Source: Octopus bimaculoides (taxonomy: Eukaryota). From it: a stretch of DNA of 64,000 nucleotides. A program made the translations under genes and the position numbers. The notes below the pieces were generated by a model. It did not search any database and was not told the origin of the DNA. It saw only the letters and a list, made by a program, of their open reading frames with translations. Location: contig NC_068998.1 of NCBI RefSeq assembly GCF_001194135.2, positions 48,732,273-48,796,272 of the forward strand, written 5' to 3'. This document shows, in pieces, positions 14,376 through 26,800 of the stretch (within the stretch, counting starts at the first letter, position 1; every line of letters begins with the position of its first letter).

Positions 14376-17300
14376 CGAATATTGAAGGAGGACATTTTGA
14401 GCATCTGAGAGTTTAAACATTGTCTGTTTAAGATGTGCACAAACAATATGATTGTAAGATTCTTTTATTCTTTTACTTGTTTCAGTCATTTGACTGCAGC
14501 CATGCTGGAGCACCGCCTTTAGTCAATCAAATCAACCCCAGGACTTATTCTTTGTAAGCCTAGTACTTATTCTATCGTTCTCTTTTGTCGAACTTGCTGG
14601 ATAAATTCAGGTTTCAGAGTGTTTAGAATGCTTTTTTATGCTTTGATACTGGTGATACATTTCCATCTTCAGTCTCTCTAGCTCCTTACAAACTTTGTAG
14701 ATGAAAGATCTTGCAACTTTTAAAAATCAAGATATTTCTAAATTGCTATGCTCAGCCTTTATAACCACAATAACAGCATGTCTCTTCGTTTCTTGAGTAA
14801 GCTGAGCATCTGCCATTATTATTTTCTGAAACAAAGATTATACAGAGTTAGCAAAAAATGCAACAGTGACACAAAAAAGGTATGTCCTCAAATACCTTAC
14901 GCACCCTATATATATATATGTGAAAAGCACCCACTACACTCTCAGAGTGGTTGGCATTAGGAAGGGCATCCAGCTGTAGAAACTCTGCCAAATCAGATTG
15001 GAGCCTGGTGTTGCCATCTGGTTCACCAGTCCTCAGTCAAATCGTCCAACCCAAGCTAGCATGGAAAGCGGACGTTAAACGATGATGATGATGATATATA
15101 TATGTATATATATGAAAATGAGTCAAGTCAAAGAATTTAGAGTAGCGAGTAGCATGTATTTAAACAAAAAAGATAAATGACCAGTATATCATATGCCATT
15201 TAAGATAAATTCATAATTTATCAACATTATTACTTCAAGAGAGGATAAAACTTGATGGCAATTGAGACCAACCACCAAAAGAAAGTGCAGATAATTTGAA
15301 AAATCAGGAACTCACTAAACTCTATTTGCCATGAGAGAAAAGATTTTTGGAGACACAGGGACATCTGTGGATATGTTACTAACCCAATAGGCTTCATTAG
15401 AACAGTAGTTGCTCTACATTACCTCCAGCAGAATGAGATACTAAGATATATATATATATATATATATATACAAGAAACTATGTGTGTTAGTGTGTTAAGA
15501 CTTCTCTAGCTGAGCAAGCTGTTACAAGCAAAACTCAATGTCCAGCTCAAATCGACATCATCAATAGATTTCACTCTATAAAATATATTGAGTCCCATTA
15601 TTTGTAAATATTTTATTGTTTCCTGCATATTAATCAACAATATTATTAAAAGTGATTTGTTTTGTAAGATTGGAACAATGCAAGAACGTATAAAGTAAAC
15701 TAGAAACAGAAAAGAAAAACAAAAAGTTGTATTTTTATCTTATATTTCTATATTTTAGGGTTGTGACTCTTTCTTCAGGACATTTGGAAAAACGGGTTGG
15801 AAAAGGGGGAAGAAAAGAAAAGAAAGGGAAAGTAGAATAAAAAAAGGAACGAAAATATTTTGAATTTTCCATTTGCCCAAATACCGAGATGAATAATTGT
15901 TTTTATTTAATAAATAACTTTAAGTTAAAGAAAATCTCTCTTCAAGCATATATATTTGTGGGAAACCACACGTTTCAGTCTACCAAATCCACAAAACTTT
16001 TACTAGAAAAAGATCAAATTCTTTATTTATCACAATTTAATTATCAGGAAACAAAGAAACAGAAAAAGAAAAAAAAAAAAAGAGAGGATTAAGTAGCCGA
16101 AAATGGATTTGGAGGTGGGGACGGGCCGGACACCCCAAAACGAATGGTATGATCAACCGGGTTCTGCGTTACCGCGGGGGAGTGGCCAAATTGATAGTGA
16201 CTTCGATGTTTCGACTTACTCGCTTTCATCAGCCTGATGAAAATAAGCTAGCCGAAACTTCGAAGTTACAGTCAACCTTCTAAATTTTTTTTTTTTGTAT
16301 TATAAAAGTTAATAAATTCTAAAAACTATTGAGTTTAATGTCAAGCTGTTTTAAATAACATGATATAAAAACAAACATTAATATGTATGTATGTATGTAT
16401 GTATGCATGCAATGTATGTATGTACTAGAAACTNNNNNNNNNNNNNNNNNNNNNNNNNNNNNNNNNNNNNNNNNNNNNNNNNNNNNNNNNNNNNNNNNNN
16501 NNNNNNNNNNNNNNNNNNNNNNNNNNNNNNNNNNNNNNNNNNNNNNNNNNNNNNNNNNNNNNNNNNNNNNNNNNNNNNNNNATATATATATATATATATA
16601 TATACATATATATAAGTTTAAATTTGGACTGTTTCAGCTCGAAGCTATTAATTTGACGCCATTCGCTGAGGTAATAGAACAATCCTTAAGCGGAAAGACG
16701 TAGGACAAGTGATGAAAGCTGACATGCTGTAATTTCTCAGAGTAATTAATTTAGTTTCTAAAAAAATAATAGCTCACACACGGTTTTGTTTTATTGGAGT
16801 GTTCGTGTGCAGGATGACACGGTGCGGTGGTGAGAAAGTTAACTGAATCATTAGTCTATGCTGGGTGAGGTGGGGAAAAAGAGAATATATAAGAAAATTG
16901 ATAGAGAGATAGATAAAGAAAGATTAAATTATTTATACTGTAGTTGGTAAAGAGAAAGAGAGGGGAAGACTAAGAGATAGAGAAAAGAGAGACAGACAGA
17001 GGAGGGAGAGAAAGGAAGAGAGAAATAATAAGAGGAGAAAAGCGAGTGAGAGAGGGGGAATGAGAAAGAGAGAGAGAGAAAGAGTAAAAGTACTTTACTG
17101 AAGTTAGTAAAAAAAAAGAGGGTAAGAGTAGAGTAAGAGGGGAAGAAATAGATGTGGAGAAAGTAAATAACTTATATAGAGAGAGAGAAACATTAAAAGT
17201 ATGGTGAAGGAAGCGTAAAAGGGGATAGTGAAAGGAGGAAAAGTAGAGAAATAGAGGGAGGTGGAGATAAAGGACTAAGAGAGCGAAAGAGAGTAAGAGA

Positions 17301-17392
17301 GAGATAGAGAAGCTTCAGAATTATTTTTATTAGTGAAAGATACAGAGAGAGAAAGTGAGAGGAAGAGGGAAAGGGGAGTGCGAGTGAAATTC

Positions 17393-17646
17393 TTCGTCAA
17401 TGGTAGCGTGTAGACCGCGTGATAGTCTCTTCACCAATCAGAGATGAGAATAGAGAAACGGTTGGCTGATATTTCTCTCTCTCTCTCTCTCGCTCCTCCC
17501 TTTTCTCTCTCTATAATACATTATTGCCTCTGTTTTCCCTCTCTCTATAATACATTACTGTCTCCGCTTTCCCTCTCTCACTCTTTCTTCCTCCCTCACT
17601 GCACTTTGTCTTCGCCTTTTCTCTCATTATAAGCACCATATATACC
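17393..17646 (+). promoter_or_regulatory. Putative proximal promoter of the Spot14/MID1IP1 gene
   Basis: CRE half-site TTCGTCA (17393-17399), paired E-box-like hexamers (17405-17421), CCAAT box (17434-17438), CT-rich tract, and TATA-like TATAAG (17628-17633), about 260 nt upstream of the ATG. Confidence 0.55.
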
Positions 17647-17893
17647 TCTGGGTCAAATACCATGAAATATTCATTAAGAAACACTGTCGGATTTCTTCCG
17701 TCAGTTTAAAGAAAAACAAAAAACACATCACAGACGAGCAATCAAACACAATCAAGCGCAGTTACCAAGGATATCATTCAAATTCATTACCATCTCTGTT
17801 GCGATTTTCAATATTGATATATTCTAAATCCAGCTATCTTCTCTTCTCCATTGAAATATTTATTATATATACATATTATTTCTTGCTTTCATA

Positions 17894-18580
17894 ATGAATC
17901 CTTCCGTCCGTCACATGAGTATTTCCGAAGAACGGGTGACCCACCAGTCGATCGTGTCCGCCCTCAGCAACTTCGTTACAGCCGTCAACCACATGGACTC
18001 AACAGTCATGATACCGAGCCGGCTCAGAGACATGGAGGTTTTGCAGGAATCGAACCCCATCATTAACTCGAACTCTGACCCGTATCATTCTTACAGCGCC
18101 CCGCCGTCTCCTTCAGCTTCGATCTCCAGCATCCCAGCTCTGAGCGTTAACCTGAAATTGAAACCGCACAACCAGCGCCGGTATTCTGCGGAGCAGAGCA
18201 CCCTGATGGGCACCGGTTCCGATGCGAAGAACTTGTACAACTTCTACAGCATGTTGAAGGCCATCAAACAAGAAGTGACCTGTGGGAACCTGGAAGATGA
18301 CTGTCTGGAGTCTCCGACGGAGCAAGACCGCGATCAAGACCAAGAAGTGGACTCCACATCGACAATGGATATCTCCGACGAAGACGATTGCGCGTCTGTG
18401 GGTTCGAATAGCAGTGGCAGCGAAGAGTTACCAAGAAATGTGGCCAATTCGTTTAAGTTTCACCTCCGTGGATTATTTAACCTGTTGCAGGATTTTACAG
18501 AAACGGCGAAATATCTCTCCCATAGGTATGAGAATGAAGTCGGTTCCAGTCAGGCTAACAAAATACTATCTCAGTTTTAA
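17894..18580 (+). CDS. MID1IP1: Spot14/MID1-interacting protein family (THRSP/MIG12-like), single exon, 228 aa
   Basis: Uninterrupted complex ORF carrying the three conserved Spot14 blocks: SIVSALSNFVTAVNHMDSTVMIPSRLRDM, NLYNFYSMLKAIKQEV and FKFHLRGLFNLLQDFTETAKYLSHRYENEVG. Ser-rich and acidic spacers lie between them. Family assignment is by recalled motif similarity; exact orthology (MID1IP1 vs THRSP) is not resolvable. Confidence 0.93.
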   Translation: MNPSVRHMSISEERVTHQSIVSALSNFVTAVNHMDSTVMIPSRLRDMEVLQESNPIINSNSDPYHSYSAPPSPSASISSIPALSVNLKLKPHNQRRYSAEQSTLMGTGSDAKNLYNFYSMLKAIKQEVTCGNLEDDCLESPTEQDRDQDQEVDSTSTMDISDEDDCASVGSNSSGSEELPRNVANSFKFHLRGLFNLLQDFTETAKYLSHRYENEVGSSQANKILSQF

Positions 18581-18747
18581 TGAGCCTGCATGCTCTTTTG
18601 TAAACTGTAACAATTATGGATAATGTTTAAAAAAATAATAATAGTAATAATAACAGTAGTGGTGTTGATGGAGATGATGATTCTACGAATGGGTGTTGTA
18701 TTAACTTCATTCTATAATTTATTTCAACCCCCCAAAACTATCGGCTT

Positions 18748-18784
<37 letters not shown>

Positions 18785-18791
<7 letters not shown>

Positions 18792-19000
18792 TGAAGTATA
18801 TATACATGAATATATGTACACATGAAGTATATATACATGAATATATGTACACATGAATTATATATACATGGATATATGTACACATGAATTATATATACAT
18901 GGATATATATGTACACATGAATTATATATACATGGATATATATGTACACATGAATTATATATACATGGAGATATATATATATATATACACATGAAGTATA
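18785..19000. repeat. ~31-33-bp minisatellite downstream of the MID1IP1 stop
   Basis: About 6 units of TACACATGAA(G/T)TATATATACATG(G/A)ATATATG. Confidence 0.85.
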
Positions 19001-19379
19001 TATATATATATATATATATGTATGGATATATATATATATATGTATGTATATACTACACAAAAACACTCATCCCAAATCAATACCACCTCCACACAGCTAG
19101 TAACAGCAACTACGACCAAATCATACTGAAAAACCTGCACTCACTTTTTTTTTCATCACAAGAAAATTTAACAAACAACACAACCAACTTGATGTATTTG
19201 ACTTTCGAGTTTGTTCTTTATTACAAACTTGACAGATTTGTGTTTTCAATACATAAGACCAACACACATCCACAGGTTATGTGCGCATATGTATGCTTGC
19301 TTCTCCCTACACCTACATGGTGACAGTAGAACGTAACCTATAAAACTCACCTAGATACATAGACATTACACACACGCAC

Positions 19380-19436
<57 letters not shown>

Positions 19437-21218
19437 ACATGCTTGCACATAAATACAAACACGGATGATGAAAAAATATAAAAAGCTAAAGACAGCCACC
19501 CACTCATTAAGACACATTCAAGACAATACATACATATAATTGAAAAACCTTTATAGTTACAAAAAACCTAAATAGCTGCAGGTAAATAAAACCACCTTAA
19601 TTACTCACATATAGATGCTTTCACATAAATGTGCATACAACCCTTCCCTTCCATACAAGTACATGCACCCACCCATTGTTCATTCTCGGGTAATATGTTC
19701 TAGTTATTTAAATGACGAAACAACTAATTTGCCTTTTAATTATTGCAATATTTCCTTGCGTTTTGTTTTGTTCTCTTTTTTTTTTTTTTTTTTTTTTTTN
19801 NNNNNNNNNNNNNNNNNNNNNNNNNNNNNNNNNNNNNNNNNNNNNNNNNNNNNNNNNNNNNNNNNNNNNNNNNNNNNNNNNNNNNNNNNNNNNNNNNNNN
19901 NNNNNNNNNNNNNNNNNNNNNNNNNNNNNNNNNNNNNNNNNNNNNNNNNNNNNNNNNNNNNNNNNNNNNNNNNNNNNNNNNNNNNNNNNNNNNNNNNNNN
20001 NNNNNNNNNNNNNNNNNNNNNNNNNNNNNNNNNNNNNNNNNNNNNNNNNNNNNNNNNNNNNNNNNNNNNNNNNNNNNNNNNNNNNNNNNNNNNNNNNNNN
20101 NNNNNNNNNNNNNNNNNNNNNNNNNNNNNNNNNNNNNNNNNNNNNNNNNNNNNNNNNNNNNNNNNNNNNNNNNNNNNNNNNNNNNNNNNNNNNNNNNNNN
20201 NNNNNNNNNNNNNNNNNNNNNNNNNNNNNNNNNNNNNNNNNNNNNNNNNNNNNNNNNNNNNNNNNNNNNNNNNNNNNNNNNNNNNNNNNNNNNNNNNNNN
20301 NNNNNNNNNNNNNNNNNNNNNNNNNNNNNNNNNNNNNNNNATCAAACATGCAACCATATATATATATATATATATAACAATAATAATATTAGGGACAAAA
20401 TCCAAAATTACAGGTAAAAGCCCAATTAAAATCAATTTATAAAAAATTAAAATTAAATTGAGCTTTACAGAGCTTTTTAATTTTCCTATATGTGACAGGA
20501 TTTTCATCGATGAGTTCATGAACCTTGGTTCTTTTCCCTAAAACTATATATTTATATATATATATATATGTATACATATACATACCATTCACCCATAACT
20601 GTCTGGCCTTGAGCATAGCCTAATAATAATAATTAAATAGATTTCATGGGTAGTGGAGGTTGTCGTGTTAGCAACAAAATTCTCGGTGAATCGCATCCGC
20701 GACCCAGTTTCAAAATTGCCTGTTGAAACTCTTAATGTACGTCGCTCGTCCTTGAGAAAGCAATAAACTTCATGCTCCCCACCAAAATATGCCTCCCCCC
20801 TTTAAAATAAATATATGAAATTAATAAAAACAATTCCATGTCTTTCATCCTTCCCTATCGATAATAATTTATTCTAAACCAGGGTGTGGCTTTTTGTCCT
20901 ACACGGGAGTTATCGGACTTTTAGATTTTTCCTTTACCTTTCTTTCCCTGTATGTATGTGTGTGTGTGTGTATATATATATTATATGGAATATACGTGTT
21001 ATATATATATATATGTAATAATTGTGTGTGTATATATACACTCTATCCATGTAAAATATCCATGTGTGTATATATATATATATATATAAACTTGTGTGTG
21101 CATAATATATATCCACATACACGTATATATACAATCTGTGTATATATATATATATGTGTGTGTGTGTATAATATATATACAATCTATACATGTAAAATAT
21201 TCATGTGCATATAGTATG

Positions 21219-21251
<33 letters not shown>

Positions 21252-24200
21252 GCGTGTCTGTGTATAATATATATACACATATATGCAATCTATACATGTA
21301 AAATATCCATGNNNNNNNNNNTGTATGTATATATTAATATGTATGTATGTGTGTATATATATATATATATGATATATACACGCACAATCTATACATATAA
21401 AATATCCGTGTGTGTTTGTCCTCCAAGACTACCAGTGTTGTTTGATGTATTTTGTGGGTCCTGTGCTCTGGGTCCCTCATCTTTGCCGTTACCATTCCGA
21501 AATATTTCTACATGAGGTGGAACTAGATTCCCTCTAAGCTGTGTTGTAATTATGCTAAAAGAGCAGTGCTACCAATCTGTCTCAAAGTGATGTATTTATT
21601 TAATTATTCATTACTTATACTGGAGACCTAGTGGAAGGTCGATAGAATTAGTATTAGTCAAAATACCGGGTTCTACTTGATATCGATTAAACAAACTTTT
21701 CCTTCGTCGACAAAGTTAGGAATTATTGTTTGGTAATATTCTATATAGATGTGTAATAATGCTGACCCAAATCTTTTGCCATATAAATAATGTATAAACT
21801 CGGCAACGATGCATTTTCTTATGACTTCTCGTTTATGTGATGTAATGTTCTCACCTACATCGGCACTACATAGCAACCATCACTGGTTCTTCTCTGTTAC
21901 CCTTCAAGATTAAGTTTTATTATTGTTGAGGCTTATTACTGAGCACTACTCACAACAGTATGAAAACTAAGGTGTGTGTGTGTGTGTGTGTGTGTTTTTT
22001 TTCCTATTGAAGGACGATATTCAAGAGCTGTCGGTAAGATACTTAACAAGGAATTGCGGGAGTGTCGAATGATAGCTCCTAGAGGCTATAATGGGTTATT
22101 GTAGGTTGGCGTTACGAGAAAGATGTTAGAATGTAAAAAGAAAAAAATATTATTAGGTGTCAAAGTAATCATTTGAGTGAGTATCTTTACTAACTCCACT
22201 TCTTGGCGTGTTCTTGATGGATTACAAAAGCACAATTTTAAACGTTGGGTGATAAGAGATAAAAGTGCCCGGAGGTTAGCGTAATTTTGTTTTCTGAAAG
22301 TATTTGATTAGTTTGTTAATTAAAATAGGAAGCTAAATTTAAAGCGAAGCTGGCATGCCAAATATTTATTACTCAATGTCTGTTCATTGGAAATAGATAT
22401 TTATGCACTATACGCTGTCCTTGCTACGTCTGGTAACTATAGTTCTGGGTCAATCACTCTTAGCTCTCAGCATGTCCAGTCTACCATCAAGCAACCAACT
22501 TTTAGATTCTTAGTTAAAGCTGTCGTCGTTAATACCATTCAGACAGACATAATATCACTCATAGCTTCTAATAAATCTTTAATCTCGTTACTGAGGAAGG
22601 AAGAAATAAATAAATAGTATTCCTGTTTGCGTTCTTTTCCTTTCTCATCTTCTCTTCCCCATTGTTTAATAAAGACACTTGTATTACAGATGTTAGGGAA
22701 TGCTCAATTCTACAAGAACCAACAAAGCCTTTTAATTTCCTCTATTTTTATTAAGAAGTCTGCAAATCCAGATATAACTTCGTCGCTACTGTTTCAACGG
22801 ATTCCTAAAATGTTTTGGATCTAATTTCATTGGACTCTCTTCCTAGCCAAACAGCAACATGTTTGTATCTATGATCTGAACTACAAACAAATATAAAATA
22901 AATGTAACTATGACAGTCTATATTTAACAGACGTATTGATTAGAAAAAAAGAAGCCAACCCTTTCTGGGGGATGGATAATATATAGTACCAGTGAAGTAT
23001 TTAAGGCAATTTTTTTTATCTTACCCCCTCAAATGTGAGGCCGTGTGCTTGTGTTTAGAAACCAATATTTCAGGTTGAGCCAGTAGCAGAGGTTTATGCT
23101 TGAAAACGCAGTTCCTCAAATAATTTAATATGTAATAGATTCTGGATATTTTTGTTTTGTTTTGATGTTCCAATGAAGTCCAGCTACTGTTAATATTAAG
23201 GGACTAATCGTCATTAGAATAAAAGAAAGCAGATCTGGAGGAATTTATTCATACACAGCTCAAACAATTGTTATTGGTTCCTTTGGTATGGCGCTTTGAT
23301 CTCTGCATGGTTTAATGCTTATGAATGTCAATGCAAATCCATCAAATCTTTGAGACATCACTGATGACATACACAGCCTTGTCTTCTAACTCTGCACCCT
23401 TACAAGGTACACCTAATGAACAGGTGGACTGCACTGTAAATGTTTGTTTGAGGCTCACTGATTTGAGTGAGCCGTTGTGAGACAAAAGTCTTTTTCTAAA
23501 GACATGATGCAACCCCCATCCTCCTCCCCCGTCAAAACTTGACATCCCTACCGTAATAGAAAAAACCCTGTTTATTATTCTCCTGTCTTTGACTGTGATA
23601 TTTTCACTACAGGGAAACCCCTCTCCCAACAAATCTAAATACTTGCTCAGTGGAACCGGTGTCCTTTTTAAAGTTTCCCAAGTTTAGTTTTTATAATTTT
23701 CATCGTCATTGTAGGCGGTGGTTGTTTAGTCCCCCCCCCCCTCATCCTCAATCTGTTCTGGTTAAATAACTAGACACAGGCGCTCAATCTTTAACTTGCC
23801 CCTTTTTTTTTCTTTTTTTTTACACGCATAATGTATGTAGGATATATTTTATCCCCCTCCCTCTTTTTTTTTTTAGGGAGTTTACCTTGTATTTGCCGCA
23901 TTCCCTTGTTGGCTCTTTATATAGAAAAACTTCTTGGTGAAGATGGATCATGTCTTATTTTCCCCGTCATAACCAGTTTACTACAAACATAGCCGTTAAA
24001 TTGGTAATCTCGATAGTTTATCTACTTCTTTGTTGTTATTTCTCAAATTAAATGCTGCTAATTAAAACAACTATTTAGTAATTAAAACACAACCCTCTAT
24101 ATTTAGCTGTCCTATCAAAATATAAGTGACCCTGTACCTGATTAATTCGTGTCATGTCTAACAACATGCTGTCAGCCTGTCGATTGAATTGTTGCACTTA

Positions 24201-26764
24201 AGTTACTAAATGTCTATTCATAAAGCAGGTGGGAAAGAAAATATAAATTAGCCGACTTAACGACAGTGTATTACTGGTATCTATTTAAATACGTTTGCAA
24301 GAATGAGCTATAGTATGTGAAATATGAGGAGGAACATAACTGAAAAGCTTACGATTTACGTTGCTTTTTCTCCCTCTGTTCCCATTTTCCTTTCACTCGT
24401 TGTACTTTGTACTCTTTTGCTAACCACGAATTTAATTAAGGGCTAAGTTGTCATGACTTTATCGTCTGCTGTTGCAAACTAGGAATTGTAGGATCAATTT
24501 CAACTGATTGCTTTCACATTAAGCTTTCATTTTATCTCTCAGTAAATTGAGTGAAATAATTTTAAAACCTTCATATTTGAGACCTAAAAAATTTCCCTCC
24601 CACTTATTTTTTTTTTACTCTATCACATTGTTCATGTTTAATTCTTTTATAGTGGATTCTGTTTACCCCCCCCCCTCTTTTTCCAGCTATTGAACCATAA
24701 TACACATGACAGCTAAATTTTATGTTTTTTTTTTTTTTTTTTCTTTGCCCAAAACAAAAGAAAAATAAGCAAGTTGAATAAAATGCAAATGTATTGTTTC
24801 TGAAGGATGCTAGTACATATCTATATACCACCTCCTTTATTTCTTTCCCTTTATATCTGTATGTATGTATATATATATATATATATATATACATATAGTA
24901 TATAATACATTTATATCTTGAAAGAAAACAAAAAAAATATATCTATATATTCGTTGCAGTTTTTCTGGTTACCTTCGTTTAATCTGAACGACTGCAAGNN
25001 NNNNNNNNNNNNNNNNNNNNNNNNNNNNNNNNNNNNNNNNNNNNNNNNNNNNNNNNNNNNNNNNNNNNNNNNNNNNNNNNNNNNNNNNNNNNNNNNNNNN
25101 NNNNNNNNNNNNNNNNNNNNNNNNNNNNNNNNNNNNNNNNNNNNNNNNNNNNNNNNNNNNNNNNNNNNNNNNNNNNNNNNNNNNNNNNNNNNNNNNNNNN
25201 NNNNNATAAAAATATTTCTCAGATGAGAGAATATTTATTGCTTTTACTCTAATGCTGAATCTCAGAGTTTTGCTATCTTCTTTTCATGTTTTCTGTTTTT
25301 TTTTGTTTTTTTTTTAAGAATAAATATTCTTTCACTAAAATTGGAGAAAAAAAAAAAAAATTTGTTGTTGATTTATTATTTTTTTTTCTACTTAGAACCT
25401 TCCTCTTTCAGACATGTTTTTTTTTTTTTCAAATCCTTGAGAGTAGTTTTGTTACTGTCGACTCATTTTTCAGTTTATTTCTGATCCTTTTTCATTTGCC
25501 CTGAGTCTATACACCCCCCCCCACACACACACACTTGACATATTTCCCTAGGCAGAGTTTGAACTTTGAAACTTTAATAACTAATTCATGGTTAAAACTC
25601 TATAAAAATCTCAGCAGATTTACACCTGCGTGTCCATGCTAGCTTGGGTTGGATAGATTTTTTTGTTTCTTGAGGCACTGTTTAACAGCCAAATGCCTTT
25701 CCTATTTTATTGCTTTTTATGACATGCAGAGATGTGGTGTATCCATTCTAAAGCAAGGGTTAAGATGCGTGTGCATGTGTAATATGTAACTTCCATCCAT
25801 GTATACTCCCTACACTGTAGTCTACAGCAAGACACCTGTTCTGTCACATGTTCACTTCTCAAAACCTGGTGGATGCAAAAACCACTACTTTCTCTGCTAC
25901 TTTAAAAAAAGCCCTATGATCAGTAAATTTACTGATCATAGGGCTTTTTTAAAGTTTTTTCTGCCTTGCAAGTTACATAATATTTTCATAAATGCTAGTG
26001 CCCCACACACACACAAAGGTACCCAGTACACTTCTGTAGAGTGAATGGCGTTAAGGTATCTAAGCAGACATTGAAGCTTGATGCAGTCCTTCGGCTGATC
26101 AGATACTGTTGAGCCATCTAACTTATTGCTAGCATGGAAGACGATGTTAAATAATGATGGTAATAAATGTTTGTGTGTATGTGTGTTTTATTTAGGAACA
26201 ACAGGAAGTCCTAAATACATAGAATTCATTCTGTCAGAGCTACTCCAAGCTTTGTTTCCACAGAAACAGAAAACTGAGAGTAGCAACGGAAAGGAGTCTC
26301 TGCTTTGAATATGTGGTTTGAAGGTAGGACCGATTAAAACCTGATGTGGTACTACAGTCTGGTGAATGATATTTAGCATTGTGTATTTGGTAGTTTGGTC
26401 TCCTAACACCATTGGGTGATTGGAACATCCTTTGTAATCCATGTTCATGTTGTTTAGCCCCAGGTCAACTGTGATCAAGCAGAGATGATCATAAGCATTC
26501 AAGCCATGATCATACCATCTATTTTAAAGTTCTACAAGACCACATCCTTTTATGATTTTTAAAATGGTGTGGAGAGATTTGACTGCTGTTTCAAGCGAAT
26601 GGGTTCCTTTGGGTAATTTTCATTCATATTCTTTACCAATAGTAGGATACAGAGGGAATTGTACCCCCTCTCTCTTTGCCAGCTATAGGCAGGGAGTGAA
26701 TTTGACTTCTGTATTGGCAAACCGATCATTTAGCAATTATTCACTAACTTCATATTGACTATAT

Positions 26765-26800
<36 letters not shown>

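Noticed and set aside
21660-22820. Complex, stop-riddled sequence that may be an old retroelement
   Set aside because: No diagnostic motif could be identified by eye, so it was left unannotated.
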